DNA of 64,000 nucleotides from Lama guanicoe (lineage: Eukaryota): contig MU054323.1 in the NCBI GenBank assembly GCA_013239625.1, positions 16,000,029 through 16,064,028 on the forward strand, written 5' to 3'. Positions 22,731-36,499 of this stretch are shown in pieces (the stretch's first letter is position 1; every line of letters starts with the position of its first letter). A model generated the notes under the pieces. The model had not been told where the DNA came from. It ran no database searches and worked only from the letters and a program-made list of their open reading frames with translations. A program made the position numbers and the translations under genes.

Positions 22731-25700
22731 CCCAGAAATTCCCACTCATGTGTGAAGATCGATATATCCTTCTTTGATGCTGAGGGAGCAGCTAGTACCC
22801 CTCTATGGGCCTGCAACCCACCTGGTCCAACTCCCATCATAGTCCCAACTGCTTTTTTAACTGATCAGTAAGCTCTTTGGGGAGCCAGCTCTATGTCTTA
22901 CTCATCTTTGTATCACTGACACTCACTTGAATGGTATACAGGGAAATGAGAGAATGATTTATTAAAATTGAGTTCTCCACTTACTCCACTTAATCCCCCT
23001 CGCCTCTCCTTTTTTGTCATCTGTTTCCCATGCATCCTTTCTTCATTTAGGCAATAAATGCTTAGCAAGTGTCAGACACTGCTCTGCCACTGGGTGTACA
23101 GATGTGAACAAGACAAATCAAGTCCATACCCCCATTTCACTGAAGAAAAAAAGAAAATGACCAAGTCCAGAAACCAATAACAGGAGGGCATAATATGATG
23201 ACCAGATGGCTGGAAATACTACGATGAAATGAAATAGGGGTATGAGATAGAAGGGGTGTTAGCAGGTGGGGGCAGAGACATGAGGGAGGTGATTTTAGAT
23301 ACAGTGCACAGGAAACACTTCTTAAGCAATATTTAAATCCAGCCTGTAATGAGATATGGGGGAAGAACATCTGAGGCAGAGGAAACCCTCAGGCAGGTCC
23401 CAGCGTGGCTTCTGGGGGGATAACAGAAAGGCCAAGAAGGCTGCTGCACAGTAAATGAGGGCAAACAGTGGGAAATGAGTCAGAGAGGTGGGCAGGTGCC
23501 ATAGCACACAGACCTTGAAGGCCATGGTCAGGACTGTGGGTGTTATTCTACTTGCAATGGGAAGCTATTGGAGGGTTCTTAGTAGAGGGGTGATATGATT
23601 GGTCTTATGTTTGTAATAATTGCTCCGATGGGATGTAAAGAACAGAGTATGGGTGGCAGGTGTAGAAAAGACAAGTGGAGCATGAGTAGAAGTTGGGAGA
23701 CCAAGTGGAGGCTGCCGCAGTGGTTTGGGTGAGCGATGCTGGTGCCTGGAAGCAGGGGGCTAGAAGGGCTCAGACCTGAGAAAGGTGCCGCCTTCACATC
23801 ACCACTTAGTGTATGAAGGGAGCTAGGCTTCAGGGCCACATAGTGAGCTAAGCATCTCTCTGAAACTTTGATTTGTGATCCAAAAACAGGAATGAAAACA
23901 CCTGATTCACAGGTTGCTGTAAGAAGTAAATTGGACAAAAAGCATCCAGCAGGGTCTCTCACACCACTGGCCCTCAATGAATGGTACTTCTGGTCTACAA
24001 TTCCAAAATCCAAAAAGCACTGAAAACTGAGGTTTACTTTGTTTTCTTTTGTTCTGTTTTTGGTCGGTGTGTAGCCCCGACCTAGATCTGAACTGACAGG
24101 AGCTATGTAGAGTCTTAGTCATATTCTGTTGTCTACTTACACATTTTATTGCAGAAACACATTTTATAATGGAGTGCTGGCCCCAAACCCCACTGAGAGC
24201 ATTACTTACTACACAGGATTTATGCTGTCTGGCCTTTCTAAAATCCAAAAATCTCTGAGTCCCAGAACATACCTGGCCCAAGGGTTTCAGATAAAGATCT
24301 GCAGCTGTACGATTTTTTTCAGGAACCAAAGTGTCATTTAGTTTAGTCGCAACCATGAGACGATACATCCAATTGGAGGAGGTAATAGATCTCAGAACAG
24401 CAGTTACAGAAGAGTCCTTAGCAATTATTTAACCTGAAATTCTATCAAATGCCCTAAATCTTCAGCACTTTTAAAACCAAGTAACTGCTGATCTTCAGAA
24501 TGACAAGCCAGTTTGAATTTAAGTGAAATATATGTGTCAACTTACAAGGTGCTAAACTGGCATGTTTGAAAAAGCACTTTCAAGTATGGAAAAAAGAAAT
24601 AGCAGGTTTCTTTTCAACTGTTTTGAATAAATTTTATTTTAGTACTATGTTACCATTTTCCTAAAAGAAATCTCCATCATAATCACTAACAAACATTATG
24701 TAGCCAGCTTACTCATGCCCAGAAGTGACTTTGGCTGTGCCTTGATTTCCTTAGGGCAGACTGTGAGCCCTTGTGAGCCTAGCCCCCTCCAGGGCCTGCA
24801 CAATGCTTGGCATACAACATGCATTCAACTAGCATCTGATGAATTAAATAAATAAACTACAGATCCAGTGTTATGGGTCCTCAGGTTCAAACAAGCAAAC
24901 ACAACAAGAACGCAATCTGCCCAAGATTCTAAGTTCCTAAATGCCAGCAGAGAGTGTATCTTTTAGCTTCCATTCAGCAAGGTGTTTTAGTAGTAAAGAA
25001 ATGGCAGACAATAGAAAGTCTTATTATTCCGAAATGGATTCAAGAGAATGTATGAATTACCACTCATTAAACAAAGATTTAATGAATACCTATTATATAC
25101 TAGTTTACACTAGGGAACAAAACCCTACTCTTGTTAACTTAACTAGTGGAGGAATACGAACAAACCCGTGAAAAATGTCACAGGATAAGTATTATGTTGA
25201 AAACTAAAACAGGGGACAGTGAGGGAAGGGTGAGGTTTCTTTTACATGCAGGTTATTCAGGGAAGGCTGCTCTGACAAAGTGACATCAGACGAAGTGCAG
25301 GGTAAAGCAGGGATTGGCCCATGCAAGTACCCAGGAAAAGAGCTTTCCAAGAAGAAACAGGCAGTGCAAAGGCCCAGAGGCAATAACAGTGCTTGGCTGT
25401 GCCCCAAGAACAGCAAAGAGGCCTGGGTGGTCAAAATGTAAGGAGCAGGGGCCTTGCATGAAGGGTTCTGATGAGGTGGGGAGATCTGGATAGAGGAGTG
25501 TCCTGTTCTGACTTACAGGATCCCTCGTGCTGCTGCGGTGTTGGGAAGAGGTGGGGGTGGGGGACAGAGTTGGGCGGGGGTTTAGCGACGAGCAATTGGA
25601 AAACAACTGCCAACTGTCTAGGAAATAGAATTTAAATTGGCCGGGGATTATTTAGCCAATTTTTTGGGCAATTCAGGCCTCCGTATTTCCCATCTGTCAA

Positions 25701-25943
25701 GCCATTTTCCGTTTTCCACTACTACCCGCCCCACTCCTCTCCTAACTTGGGCCTGGGCCAGTCATTACCTGCTCGGTTAAAAATTCTTCGCGGGAAGAAA
25801 ATGGCTTTTAGTTCTCACCGCGCTGCAGGATCCTTTTTCTAGATCCGGGAAAGGCCCCGCATCTCGGCTGCGGGCCTCGGACAGCGCTCGGGATGCGGCT
25901 GCGCAGCCGTCAGGGACCTCTTTCCGGCGTCCAGTCCCGGGCT

Positions 25944-26012
25944 GCGGACGAGGCTGGGGCGCGCCGCGGACGAGGCTGGGGCGCGCCGCGGACGAGGCTG
26001 GGGCGCGCCGCG
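25944..26012. repeat. 22-bp GC-rich tandem repeat x3.1
   Basis: gcggacgaggctggggcgcgcc at 25944, 25966 and 25988, perfect copies. Confidence 0.97.
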
Positions 26013-26096
26013 CTGGCTGCCGGCTGGAGGCCCCTCGTCGCTCACCAGCCGCGCTGCTGTCGGCGGAAGCCCGACCAGCCCGGGCGGCTCGCTCTC

Positions 26097-26127
26097 GGTT
26101 TCGTTTCCCGGCGGACTCCGCCTTCCT
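26097..26127 (-). promoter_or_regulatory. EIF2AK2: KCS element + ISRE of PKR
   Basis: Minus strand AGGAAGGCGGAGTCC (26127-26113), GCC, then GGGAAACGAAACC (26109-26097): the known KCS-ISRE arrangement of PKR promoters. Confidence 0.93.
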
Positions 26128-27329
26128 GCCTGACCACCCGGGCCCCTCCCGCACGCGCCCTCACAGGTCCGCACAGGCTCCGGGTTCGCGGGAAATCGCG
26201 CTTCCACACGGCGGCGGCGCGGGAGGCGCTGCGGGGGCGGGCTGGGCACTCGCGGGCGGCTGCTGCGCGGCGGGGCGCGGCAGGGACCGTGCGGCGCCAC
26301 TCTGGCTTCTGGGGCTGTTATCGGCCACTGTCTGGGGCAGGTGGGGACTACATGGAGGTCTCTGAGGCCCGCGGCGTGGCGGGCGCTCGCGGAACCGGGC
26401 CCTGCGGTCAGTGCTTGCATTTCCTCTGCAACGCAAACGTTTAGGATGGGGTTGGGGAGGTGGATATCATCGGCTCCATTTTACAGTAGAAGAAGCTGAG
26501 TAAATTAACTCTCCTAGGGCAAAGCCAGGATTCCATTGCCCATAACCACCAAAGCACCCCTCCCCCCCTCATTTGTACCAGTCTAAGGCTGAAGAGGCCT
26601 GGGGACGTAATTTCACTTCAATCTGTTTCCACCCATCCATCCATTCATTCAGCAGATACTTGCCAGCCGCTGTACCAAGTTCCAGCCAGTCCAGCAGTTA
26701 GGAGGGCCACCTGCTCCCTGTGGAATCTGGAGTTTACGAGTAAAGCCCTTGCCAGTAGTCCTGGATTTATAAGAAATCCTACTCACCTAGTGGAGTATGA
26801 CACACTACCAGAGTAATCCTGGTGCCTTGACACAGTGACTGAGGTGTGCTGAGGACTTAACAGCAATGCCGCAAGGTAGGTGCCATGACTATGCCCATTT
26901 AACAGATGAGAAAACTGAGGCACAGAGAAGTTAAGTAACAGCTAGTAAGCAGGGTAACTAGAGGTAGAGCCAGGAGTCTGCACCTCAACATCCTAGCTAG
27001 GGTGAGGAAGGGAGGTGCCAAGATGGACTTAAGGTATACATTACATATTGGCCATTGGCTCTAGGCGTCCTTTCCCACTTCTCTTCTACACCCCCCCCCT
27101 CAACTGCAGGGTATCCATGACCAAACACTGTATATGTTTTCCTTGATTTAAGTTCCCTAGAGTGAAGCACTGACAGAAGGTTTGGAAGGCAGATAGGAGG
27201 CAGAGCCATCTTTCTGTGGCCCTTTGAGGTCACAAAGCTCCAACTATGGTGGCTGTTTGCAGGAATCTACCAGCTTCGTGGGTGTGAGGTGGTTTTTTTC
27301 AGCATCAGTGGCAGTAGCAATGAGAAGTT

Positions 27330-29640
27330 TTCTGACTTTTTGATAGCCCTGAATTGCCCAAGACAGCTTAAAGAAAATGACAAGGTCAAGCATGGTCAGG
27401 ACTCAAGCTTTTACGGCTGCCCCAGATGAACCTCTGACTTCATGTAGCCTCGGGGTTGACATGGCAAAAATCAGATACAAAGTCCAGTGCTGCAGGTAGC
27501 AAAATTACTATACAACTTTAATTTGCATGCTCACCAGGTCTCATCTATGAACACTGAGGCCATGGACTGGGAAAGAATGAGGCTCTGGGAATTTGGGTGG
27601 GTTTGAATGAATCCACTGCCCTCCCAAATTCTGCTGAGTTTCCACAGTCCTTCTACTGTTGTTGGATAAGGCTGCTATAGCCAAGCTTGAAGGGCCTGGA
27701 GTAGTCACCTTGCAAAGAGGTGCTGATTTTCCAAATGCCCCATGCCTACTTCATCTCTTCACTCTCAGAACTAGAGTCGGATGCTAAAATACCCTGAGAG
27801 GATACAGATAAGATCTGATCCAGAGGATACAGTTCACACAATAAATGAGTTGTAAGATTTTTTTCATTTTTATCAGCAGGAATGCAAGAAAAGTGCATAA
27901 ATATGACTCTAAAGGTGACATGAAATAAGGAACACAGTTTAGATTATGCACTCAGTGTGCTGGCTCCAGCAGCTAGGAATGGTTCTAAGAATTTGTTTAG
28001 CTGGTTTACCATAACCTGGACTCAGTGGTGGTCCACATTAAATGAAATTGTGGTGCCAAGTAAAACAGATGAAGAAATCAAAAATACTTAAGGAAAAAAA
28101 AATACTTAAGGCGTCTAGAATATTGGAGTAGATTAGTCATATGCAGCCTTTCCTCCACTTTGTAGCCATGCTGTCTAGAAGATTCAAAGGACCATCCTTC
28201 ACCAGGCATTCAGAAATATATTGGAGCGGGATGTACTAGCATCCTTGAAAAGATCCATAAGAGCTGCCCACTCTGGGTGGGGAATGTTGATGAGAGATGT
28301 TGCCATTGAAAAAGTACATGATTTCCATGGGGATTATGGCTCCCAGAGAAGCAAATGCTATGTGGCAACACTTAACTACCCTCCTCCCCCCCAAAAAGGG
28401 CAGCAGGGTCAGAGCACTAGTTGAACAGGTTTGATCACCAGAGATTTTTAGGTTAACTGTTCCTGGCATTTGTAGTACAGCCCATAGGTGTGTTACATGA
28501 GCAGATATCTAAGACCCCTGTGGCGCTCACACCAGCTCTGTCAACCCACCTCTCTGATCTCATGGGGAGTTCCTTGTGACCAGGTGACTGAGAAAGAAAA
28601 ATTCAGGTGAAGCACAATACACTGGCATTAACTGAAAGTGGATTGATGAATTCTAACAATCCCTCAAGGAGGTGGCCCTAAAGGATAGTGGGAGAAAGGA
28701 ACTCCTCCCAGTGGTCGGAACAGTGGTACATTTAGTTGTGAATTGGAAGGAGGGGAAGCTAGTGGCTTGGACAGTACCAGTAGCTAGCAATTTACGTGGC
28801 TATTCAGAGGTTTGGAAGGAACAAGATCTGAGGGATGATGATAAGGAGGTCTGGGGAAAGGAATGTGAGTTATCACTTGGAATGGACACAGAGTATGAGC
28901 ATATTGAATTCCCTTGTGAAGATTCATCAAAGCTACCCACTCCTGTGGAGACTTTTGAGAGCAAATATACAAGAAAACTTCTTTAGAGGCCAGCTAGTCT
29001 TTTCCCCAGCAACTCGGCGCTCGTTCAAAACAAACGAGGAGCTGTGGCAGTAGGAATGGATGACGTGTATGAGTTCATCAACACACAGTTCTCATCAGGG
29101 TTGAGCTGGCTGCTGAGCACCCAGTATTCCGACAGCAGAGATCCAACACTGAGCTCGCAGTGCAGAATGCCTACTCCGAGGGTGACTAGCCTGCCACTTG
29201 GTGGCTGATTGGTTATGTGGAGCCCTTCCACCATGGAATGGGCAGGGATTTGCGCTCTGGGGCATACACATTTATTCCAGATGTGGACTTGCTTTTTCTT
29301 CCTCTAGTGCTTCTGCCAGCACCATCATTGTTGGCCTTTCCAAGCATCTTGTTCACCATAATGCTGTCCCTCGCTAAGGAACCCATTTTACAGAAAAAGA
29401 AGTGAGGCAGTACACTGGCTACCATGATATTCAATAGTTTTATCACGAACCTTATCACCCCAAAACAGCTGACCTTATAGAATAGTGGGATGGGGTACTG
29501 AAGACTCAGTTACAGCCCCAGGTGGGAGATAACACTTAGCAAGCTGGGTGTACTGTGCTTCAGGTGCCATACAGGTAATAACCAGGTTGCTGTTTCTTCC
29601 ATGGCCAGAATACAAGAGCTCAGGAAACCGTAGGCATAAA
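27330..29640 (+). mobile_element. Degenerate ERV-L internal sequence (gag, RNase H and integrase remnants)
   Basis: Recognisable ERVL-like text near 28200, 28560 and 29200-29330; no intact ORF. Confidence 0.7.
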
Positions 29641-30073
29641 AGGGTTGTCTTCCACAATTAAACCTAATCATGCACTTGCAAAATAAGTTAAGTAATACAT
29701 TACTTGGGTCCATTCTAATCCCTTCAAGGCTTGCTTTTAATTTTTGTTAGGAGATGTAGGGTAATTTACACTAGGGATAATTTAGCCCCACTGCTAAGAT
29801 ATGGCCATACTGGGGAATCCACCCAATGCCCTGGGTATTAAGGTCTCTCCAGCTTGGCTGGTGGGAACACAAACTATTCCAATCTCTGAATGAGGTCCAG
29901 GAAGATTGTTTGGTTTACTACTTTTCAGTGGTCCTTTCCCTGTCTTGATGGAGATTTACGCTGTCTTTGCGGAGTTTTATTCCATGCATTCACATATCTG
30001 CATTCAGTTAAATAGTTGAGGGATTCCCTCTGCAGATCTTTGAGGTTCTCTCCCTGTGCACCTTCATTTTCTT

Positions 30074-31212
30074 TCTTTTTTTTTTTAACATTTTTTTTTA
30101 TTGATTTATAGTCATTTTACAATGTTGTGTCAAATTCCAGTGTAGAGCACAATCCCTCAGCCATACATGAACATACATACACCCAGTGCCACATTCCCTT
30201 CTCTGTGAGCTACCACAAGATCCCATGCACACCTCCCTGTGCTCCACAGTACAATCCTGTCCATCTACTCTACAATTCTGAAATCCCATCTGTCTCCTCC
30301 CACCCTCCCCCTCCTTGGCAACCACAAATTTGTATTCTATGTCTATGAGTCTATTTCTGTTTTGTATTTATGCTTTGTTTTTTTGTTTTTGTTTTTTAGA
30401 TTCCACATATGAGCGATCTCATATGGTATTTTTCTTTCTCTTTCTGGCTTACTTCACTTAGAATGACATTCTCCAGGAGCATCCATGTTGCTGCAAATGG
30501 TGTTATGCTGTTGTTTTTTATGGCTGAATAGTATTCCATTGTATAAATATGCCACATCTTCTTTATCCAGTCATCTGTTGATGGACATTTAGGCTGTTAC
30601 CGTGTCTTGGCTATTGTAAATAGTGCTGCTATGAACATTGGGGTGCAGGTGTCATCCTGAAGTAGGGTTCCTTCTGGATATAAGCCCAGGAGCAGGTTTC
30701 CTGGGTCATATGGTAAGTCTATTCCTAGTCTTTTGAGGAATCTCCATGCTGTTTTCCACAGTGGCTGCACCAAACTGCATTCCCACCAGCAGTGTAGGAG
30801 GGCTCCCCTTTCTCCACAGCCTCTCCAGCATTTGTCATTTGTGGATTTTTGAATGATGGCCATTCTGACTGGTGTGAGGTGATACCTCATTGTAGTTTTG
30901 ATTTGCATTTCTCTGATAATTAGTGATATTGAGCATTTTTTCATGTGCTTATTGATCATTTGTATGTCTTCCTTGGAGAATTGCTTGTTCAGGTCTTTTG
31001 CCCATTTTTGGATTGGGTTGTTTGGTTGTTTCTTATTAAGTTGTATGAGCTGCTTGTATATTCTGGAGATCAAGCTTTTGTCGGTTTCATTTGCAAAGAT
31101 TTTCTCCCATTCCGTAGGTTGTCTTTTTGTTTTACTATGGTTTCCTTTGCTGTGTAGAAGTTTGTAAGTTTCATTAGGTCCCATTTGTTTATTCTTGCTT
31201 TTATTTCTTCTA
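30074..31212 (-). mobile_element. Young 5'-truncated L1 (ORF2 C-terminus + 3'UTR + poly(A))
   Basis: ORF 30597-31259 has [19 protein letters not shown]...[18 protein letters not shown]. 19-bp TSD tgtgcaccttcattttctt at 30055-30073 and 31213-31231. Confidence 0.96.
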
Positions 31213-33253
31213 TGTGCACCTTCATTTTCTTGAGTACTCTGCTCTGAAAATCCTAGCATCCTCAGCCTGCTGACCTCCAGTCTCCAGTTCCAACTCAGTA
31301 AGCCTTTTGTACTCTGAGTTCCCTTTCTCTGCCTACAGCTTGGAACTTGCTTATATGTAGCAAGCTGGAGCAGTTCTAGGGCTCACTTCAGTTGTTTACA
31401 TCCTCTAGGGAATCCCAGTGTTGCGTTGCCTGTTGTCCAGTGTCTGAAAACAGCATTTCATGTATTATTTTGGTTTTCTGGTGGTATGGTGAGAGGACGA
31501 TTCCCATAATAGTTAATCCTTCATGGCCAGATATGGAAGTCTCTCACTTTTTTTTAATCTATATTTTCCTAATTACCACATTTTCCTCATTACATGTTTA
31601 TTTGCCATTTGGGTTTCCTATTCGGTAAATTGCCAGTCTGTATCCCTTACACTTATTTTCTGTTGGGTTGTATTTTCTTTCACCTAGTGATTTTAATTGT
31701 TCTTTCTATATTCTAGATGTTAGTCTTTTATTTAGTTAGTATTTTTTCTAAGTCTCTGACATGCCATTTCACTTTGGTTTTACTTTCTTAATGATGGTGT
31801 TTTACATTTTAAATTTTAACATAGCCAAAAATATAAATTTTTTTGTGTTTTTTTATTTCTTGTTTAATAAACCCTACTCTGGTCATGAAAATATTATCTT
31901 GTATCTGCTTCTAAAAATTTAAAGTTTTAAAAATCATTTTTGACATTTTTTTAATTTATAAGAAATTAATTTTTTGAGTGATATAAAGTAAGAATCTGAT
32001 TTTATTTCTTCTATCTCATAATCTTCTTAGCACCAGATTTTGAAGGATTTGACTTCTTCCTACAACATGCAATGCCACCTCAGTCATGTTTGAGCTTTCT
32101 TTACATTCATAGGTTATTTTGGCAGCTATATTTTGTCCTTTTTCATTGGTTTGGTTTAGTTGTTTATTCCTGCAACCGATAATATGGTTTTGGGCATTAA
32201 AACCTAAGCCTCTGTTACTGCAGATTTCTCATTGGCATCTCAGTGTCATCTCTGATTCTTACTTCGTCCAGTTCTCTGTTCCCTCTTTGGTACTGGTCCC
32301 TAATGAGTCTGCTTACTTTATTGGGAGCTGAGCAATGCCACTAAAGTAATTTTTATATAGTCTTTCTATATGGTGTTTTGAGGGAAAGGTTTTCAATTCA
32401 TCTAATCTACCATACTACCAGAAACAGTAGTCCTGTAATTAATTGTTCTCAAAGCAATTTTATCTTTTTCTATAAATTATTCTATTCTTAACTGTACAGA
32501 ACTTACCTTTAGAGTAGAACTAACTATAGTGTACATATTAAGGAGACTGTTAATAGGTTTTTCCCCCAGAACATTCCCTACCTTCTTTTGTAAGTTCCAC
32601 ATAGTTACTTGGGGGTCTCTGGTGGGGGGAAGCCTTTATGCTGGAATAACACAATCTCTAATCTTTAGCTTTGAAGTAAAGCTTGTGTTAAGTAGAAATA
32701 TAAAGTCCCTTGAGAGTGGGCCTGCTGCAATGACACACACAGAGTAGACGAGCAACGGATTTTTCTTGAATCAAGTTGGAATAAGATTTATTCATTTTAC
32801 TTCAGTGAAGAATTGGAATTAAATTTCCCCGAGAGTAAGTTTGAATTAGGCACCACAAGTGCTCTGATCCACAGTGAAAAAGAGAATAATAATTATGAGA
32901 GGACAAAGCATTGTGATCAGTTGGAGGCCGGTCTCATCTATGCTTAAACACAGATGTAGGTATGTCTCTGATAGTGTCGACTTATGCTCTTGTGTGAACT
33001 CAGAGCATGAAAGAAGTTAAAACCCCAGGATACTGCATTAGCAATAGTATCCTTTTTGGGCAGCAAAACTACCCTTTTCTCCAAAATGGAACAAAACTTA
33101 AGTTTGTCCTCAGAAATTTCAGATGTTCTCATTATTACTAAGTTTGTCTCATTTATATCTAAACTTTATTTAATGATCATTATATGATTAAATTGTCATT
33201 TGATTATTTAAATTTGATTATTGTTAAGGAAAATAAGGCTGAATTGACTAGAA

Positions 33254-33384
33254 TCAAGCCTGGCAATATGAATTGTACTTCAGCTTTGTTCCCAGGGCAG
33301 TGTCTGCTAAGCACTCTTTGAATTTTTCAGCCATTTCCTGGTTCTGAGATTCACTGAACAAGTTTTTCCAGTCACCAATTTCAC
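33254..33384 (-). CDS. SULT6B1: SULT6B1 exon 7
   Basis: (G)EIGDWKNLFSESQNQEMAEKFKECLADTALGTKLKYNSYCQA*; completes the RKGxxGDWK motif. Confidence 0.93.
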
Positions 33385-33823
33385 CTGCAACACAGAAAAA
33401 ACAGTAGACCCAGACTCCTGTTAGAATATTTCTTCTTGATTTTACTATTTTTTTAGTGCAGAGTTTCACTCTGAAATGTGAAAACAGACATGTGAAAAAA
33501 ATTAGACAGCCTTAAAAACTAATGTAATATCTCTTGTAAAATTAACAATATCCACTTGGGCCTCCCCATTTCTGTGGTGTGGTAGGTGACACGCTTTCTC
33601 CACATCACTAAGGGGACCTTGACCTCAATGACCTCCCATCCCTACCCATCTCCTAACACCTGGGACCAAAAATGCCACTTTTTGAGAGTCTTTTTTTTTC
33701 CCTCTCTTAAGTCTTATAATACTTTAAATACCCCTTGAGTAGTTAATATTTTATAGCAAAAATAATTATTATTTTGCTTGAGATTAGGATGTTTTTCTTA
33801 TTTCTTTTTAAAAGTAAAGGAAG

Positions 33824-33963
33824 GGAAGAAGGTGTAGTTCAGTGGTAGAGCACATGCTTACATGCATGAGATCCTGGACTCAATCCCTAGTACCTCTATT
33901 AAAATAAATAAATACATAAACCTAATTACACCCCCCAAAAAACATAAAAAATAAAAATAAATG
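33824..33963 (+). mobile_element. tRNA-derived SINE
   Basis: Same family; TSD aaagtaaaggaag at 33811-33823 and 33964-33976. Confidence 0.85.
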
Positions 33964-35325
33964 AAAGTAAAGGAAGTTGCTTAAAATCTTTTGTTTGATT
34001 TGGGTTAAAGTTGTAAGTTCCTTGTTACATAGCCATTGAAATGTATATTTCTAAAGTGGCTTAATGACATGAGGAAATGCTTAGACATATGAAGGGAATG
34101 AAAAAGCACAACTGTTTACAAATGTTATCAACTATATAAAACATTACAGAATAAGGCCGGAAGAAATGTGCCAAAAAGTTGAACTTGCATCCGATGGGTA
34201 ATTTAATGCTTTTCCACATCTTTATGTGCTTTCTGAATTTTCTACAAGGGATATTTTAAAAAATATTTTTAAACTTTAAAATTACTAGTTTATTTTAGAA
34301 TGTTTCTGTTCTGAATAGTATTTGATTGACAATATATTTAAAATTTCTATTTTTCCCCCTTCTTAAAGCTAAAAAAATTAGGCATAAAAATAAGTGTTAA
34401 AGTCAGGACTCAAGTTAAAGACAGATTTGCATTCAGTGCTCCATTCACAGTGCATTTTTTAATTGGGTCTGCATTTGATAAAGTGTAGTAGAGTCAAGTA
34501 AACCTATGTTCCTATCCTGACGGCATCACTTATTAGCTTTGTGACAACGGACCAATTAATATCTCTGGGCTTTGGTGCCCACATTTGTAGAACTAAGGAT
34601 TTAGTATCTTTTTGGCTATAAAGTTTAAGCCCAGCAAAGGGTCTAACACATGATGGATACCTGATAAATTATGCTTGTTATGTGTGCTGCCTCTGAATCA
34701 CATTAAGCTTTCATTATACATGCAATAAAAAGGAAAACTGGCAGTCCCTGAGCTGCATTATCATAAATTTCCATAAGAAATTTGAATGCTTTGATGAAAT
34801 TTAGTAAAATTATCAGTACCAGAGACAGCTGGCTTCCTATCCCGTACTCATTTTTTCCTTCTTCCTTATTAACAAAACCTTGACTTTCAGTGGGTAATAA
34901 TGCAGCCACCTTAAAAAAAAAAATCACATTCTCCAACCAGCAGCACAGTGAGAAGTGGTCTATGAGATGTAAGAAGTCACTGAGGTGAGGCTTCCCACAA
35001 AGTTCTTTAAAGGGGGCCCACTCAGCAAATACACGTGATTCTATCTCTTGCCATTCCCTTTTTATTTTAATAAAATAATCCTGTAACTATATTATAATGG
35101 TGGAGCGCTGGCTGCTCTCCTGTCATCACAGGTGACAAGCAGAAAGGTAAAAGGAGCTTAGTAGTCTAAAAGGTAGTGTACAGCTGCCAGTGCCAACTCT
35201 GATCTGTGTCCAGACTTCTTGTCGAGGAAGAGGAGGAGAAAATCCTGTCTGATTTAAGATAAAGCTGCTTGAATTGCCTGTTAGGTGCAGATTGACAGAT
35301 GTCCCAGAAAACAATGCCATCTCAC

Positions 35326-35482
35326 CTTTGCGGAACAGGAATGGGCCCACGGCGCCGTGTGTTTCCTGGGACTTTGCTCGCATTGCCTGGAAGGTACTCT
35401 GGGCTGAGATAGTTTGAATCTGCTCCCCAGATAGAGAGAATCCAAAAAACTTAGCAATTTGTTTTATTCCAGCGGCCAGATT
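35326..35482 (-). CDS. SULT6B1: SULT6B1 exon 6
   Basis: 157 nt, NLAAGIKQIAKFFGFSLSGEQIQTISAQSTFQAMRAKSQETHGAVGPFLFRK. Confidence 0.94.
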
Positions 35483-36499
35483 CTGAAAACAAAATTTTAA
35501 AAGATAAACTTCTTTCTGTGGGAATTGGACCCTAAGCAAAGACAAGCTTCTTAGACAGAATGGATTTGTTAAGGCTAATTCTAATTCATCTCTGTGTCTC
35601 TCTCTTCAGACTTACTTTGATTCTTCTTTATAAATATTTGAAACATCCCTGTAAGATATTCTGTATTGATTTCACTTTGTAGTTTCCATTTATGACTCTT
35701 GTTTAACTAGTCAAGGTATAGATAATGAAAATAAGCATTCATTAGCAGGTTAGAGTTTTATCTAAGATAATAATTCATTTTATCAAAAAGCACCAGTCTA
35801 TACCAGGTGAGGAAATTAATGTATTTGTACCTACTCATTCAAATTCTGTTTTCTTCTGAATCCTGTTTATAGCTAATGTTTAATTCTATCAAGAAAGTCT
35901 AATTTTTGGAATTACAAAAACTTGAAGGAATCTTTATCATGTTTAATACTTTTGTAAATAATCAACCACTTCAACAGTATGGCTGACCAATGGAGGTTTA
36001 TAAATCTTCTAGAACAGTTCCTTAAACTGTATTCTACAGAACACTAATATATTTCAAGGTGGTTATAGATGTTTCCTGGGAGAAAAAAAAAGAACGGTAA
36101 AGGGTTAAGGTCAAGTAAGTTTGGAACCTTTGGGATGAAAAAGGTAAACTTTTTTTTTCCCTGCAGAATCTCTCTTTAATATGCCAATGTGCCATGTGAA
36201 TTTCCCAAAGGAGCAGGCTAAATAGAACAGTCCTCAGGTCATCTTGAACCAGCAACCTCCTTCCTACCCCTGGAGAGAAGTATTAACATCTGGGACAATA
36301 TTAATATCCCATGGAGCACAAGTTTTAGAAACATTCTAGACTAGAAGGAGAAAAGACTAAATCAGCATATTCTTTCATGTTATGTAAGTACATACTCTAA
36401 ACAAAAGGGATGGATTTAGTTATACTTTCCTGTGATAAAAATCACATGGGACACTAGTGATAAAAACTCAGTTCAGTTAGAGAACATTTGACACATTTC

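Larger units (their letters stand above)
25770..26410. promoter_or_regulatory. EIF2AK2: CpG island, PKR promoter and non-coding exon 1
   Basis: Very GC/CpG-rich, with GC boxes. Candidate minus-strand donors CTG|GTGAG (exon end 26046) and CAG|GTAAT (~25769). Confidence 0.9.

Noticed and set aside
19305..25760. PKR non-coding exon 2 equivalent
   Set aside because: Could not be located with confidence from sequence alone.
25944..26012. Short direct repeats as a CRISPR-like array
   Set aside because: Head-to-tail with no spacers, in mammalian DNA.
25777..26444. Long overlapping ORFs (125-193 aa)
   Set aside because: CpG-island artefacts, low-complexity Arg/Ala/Pro/Gly; the same applies to 58873-59389.
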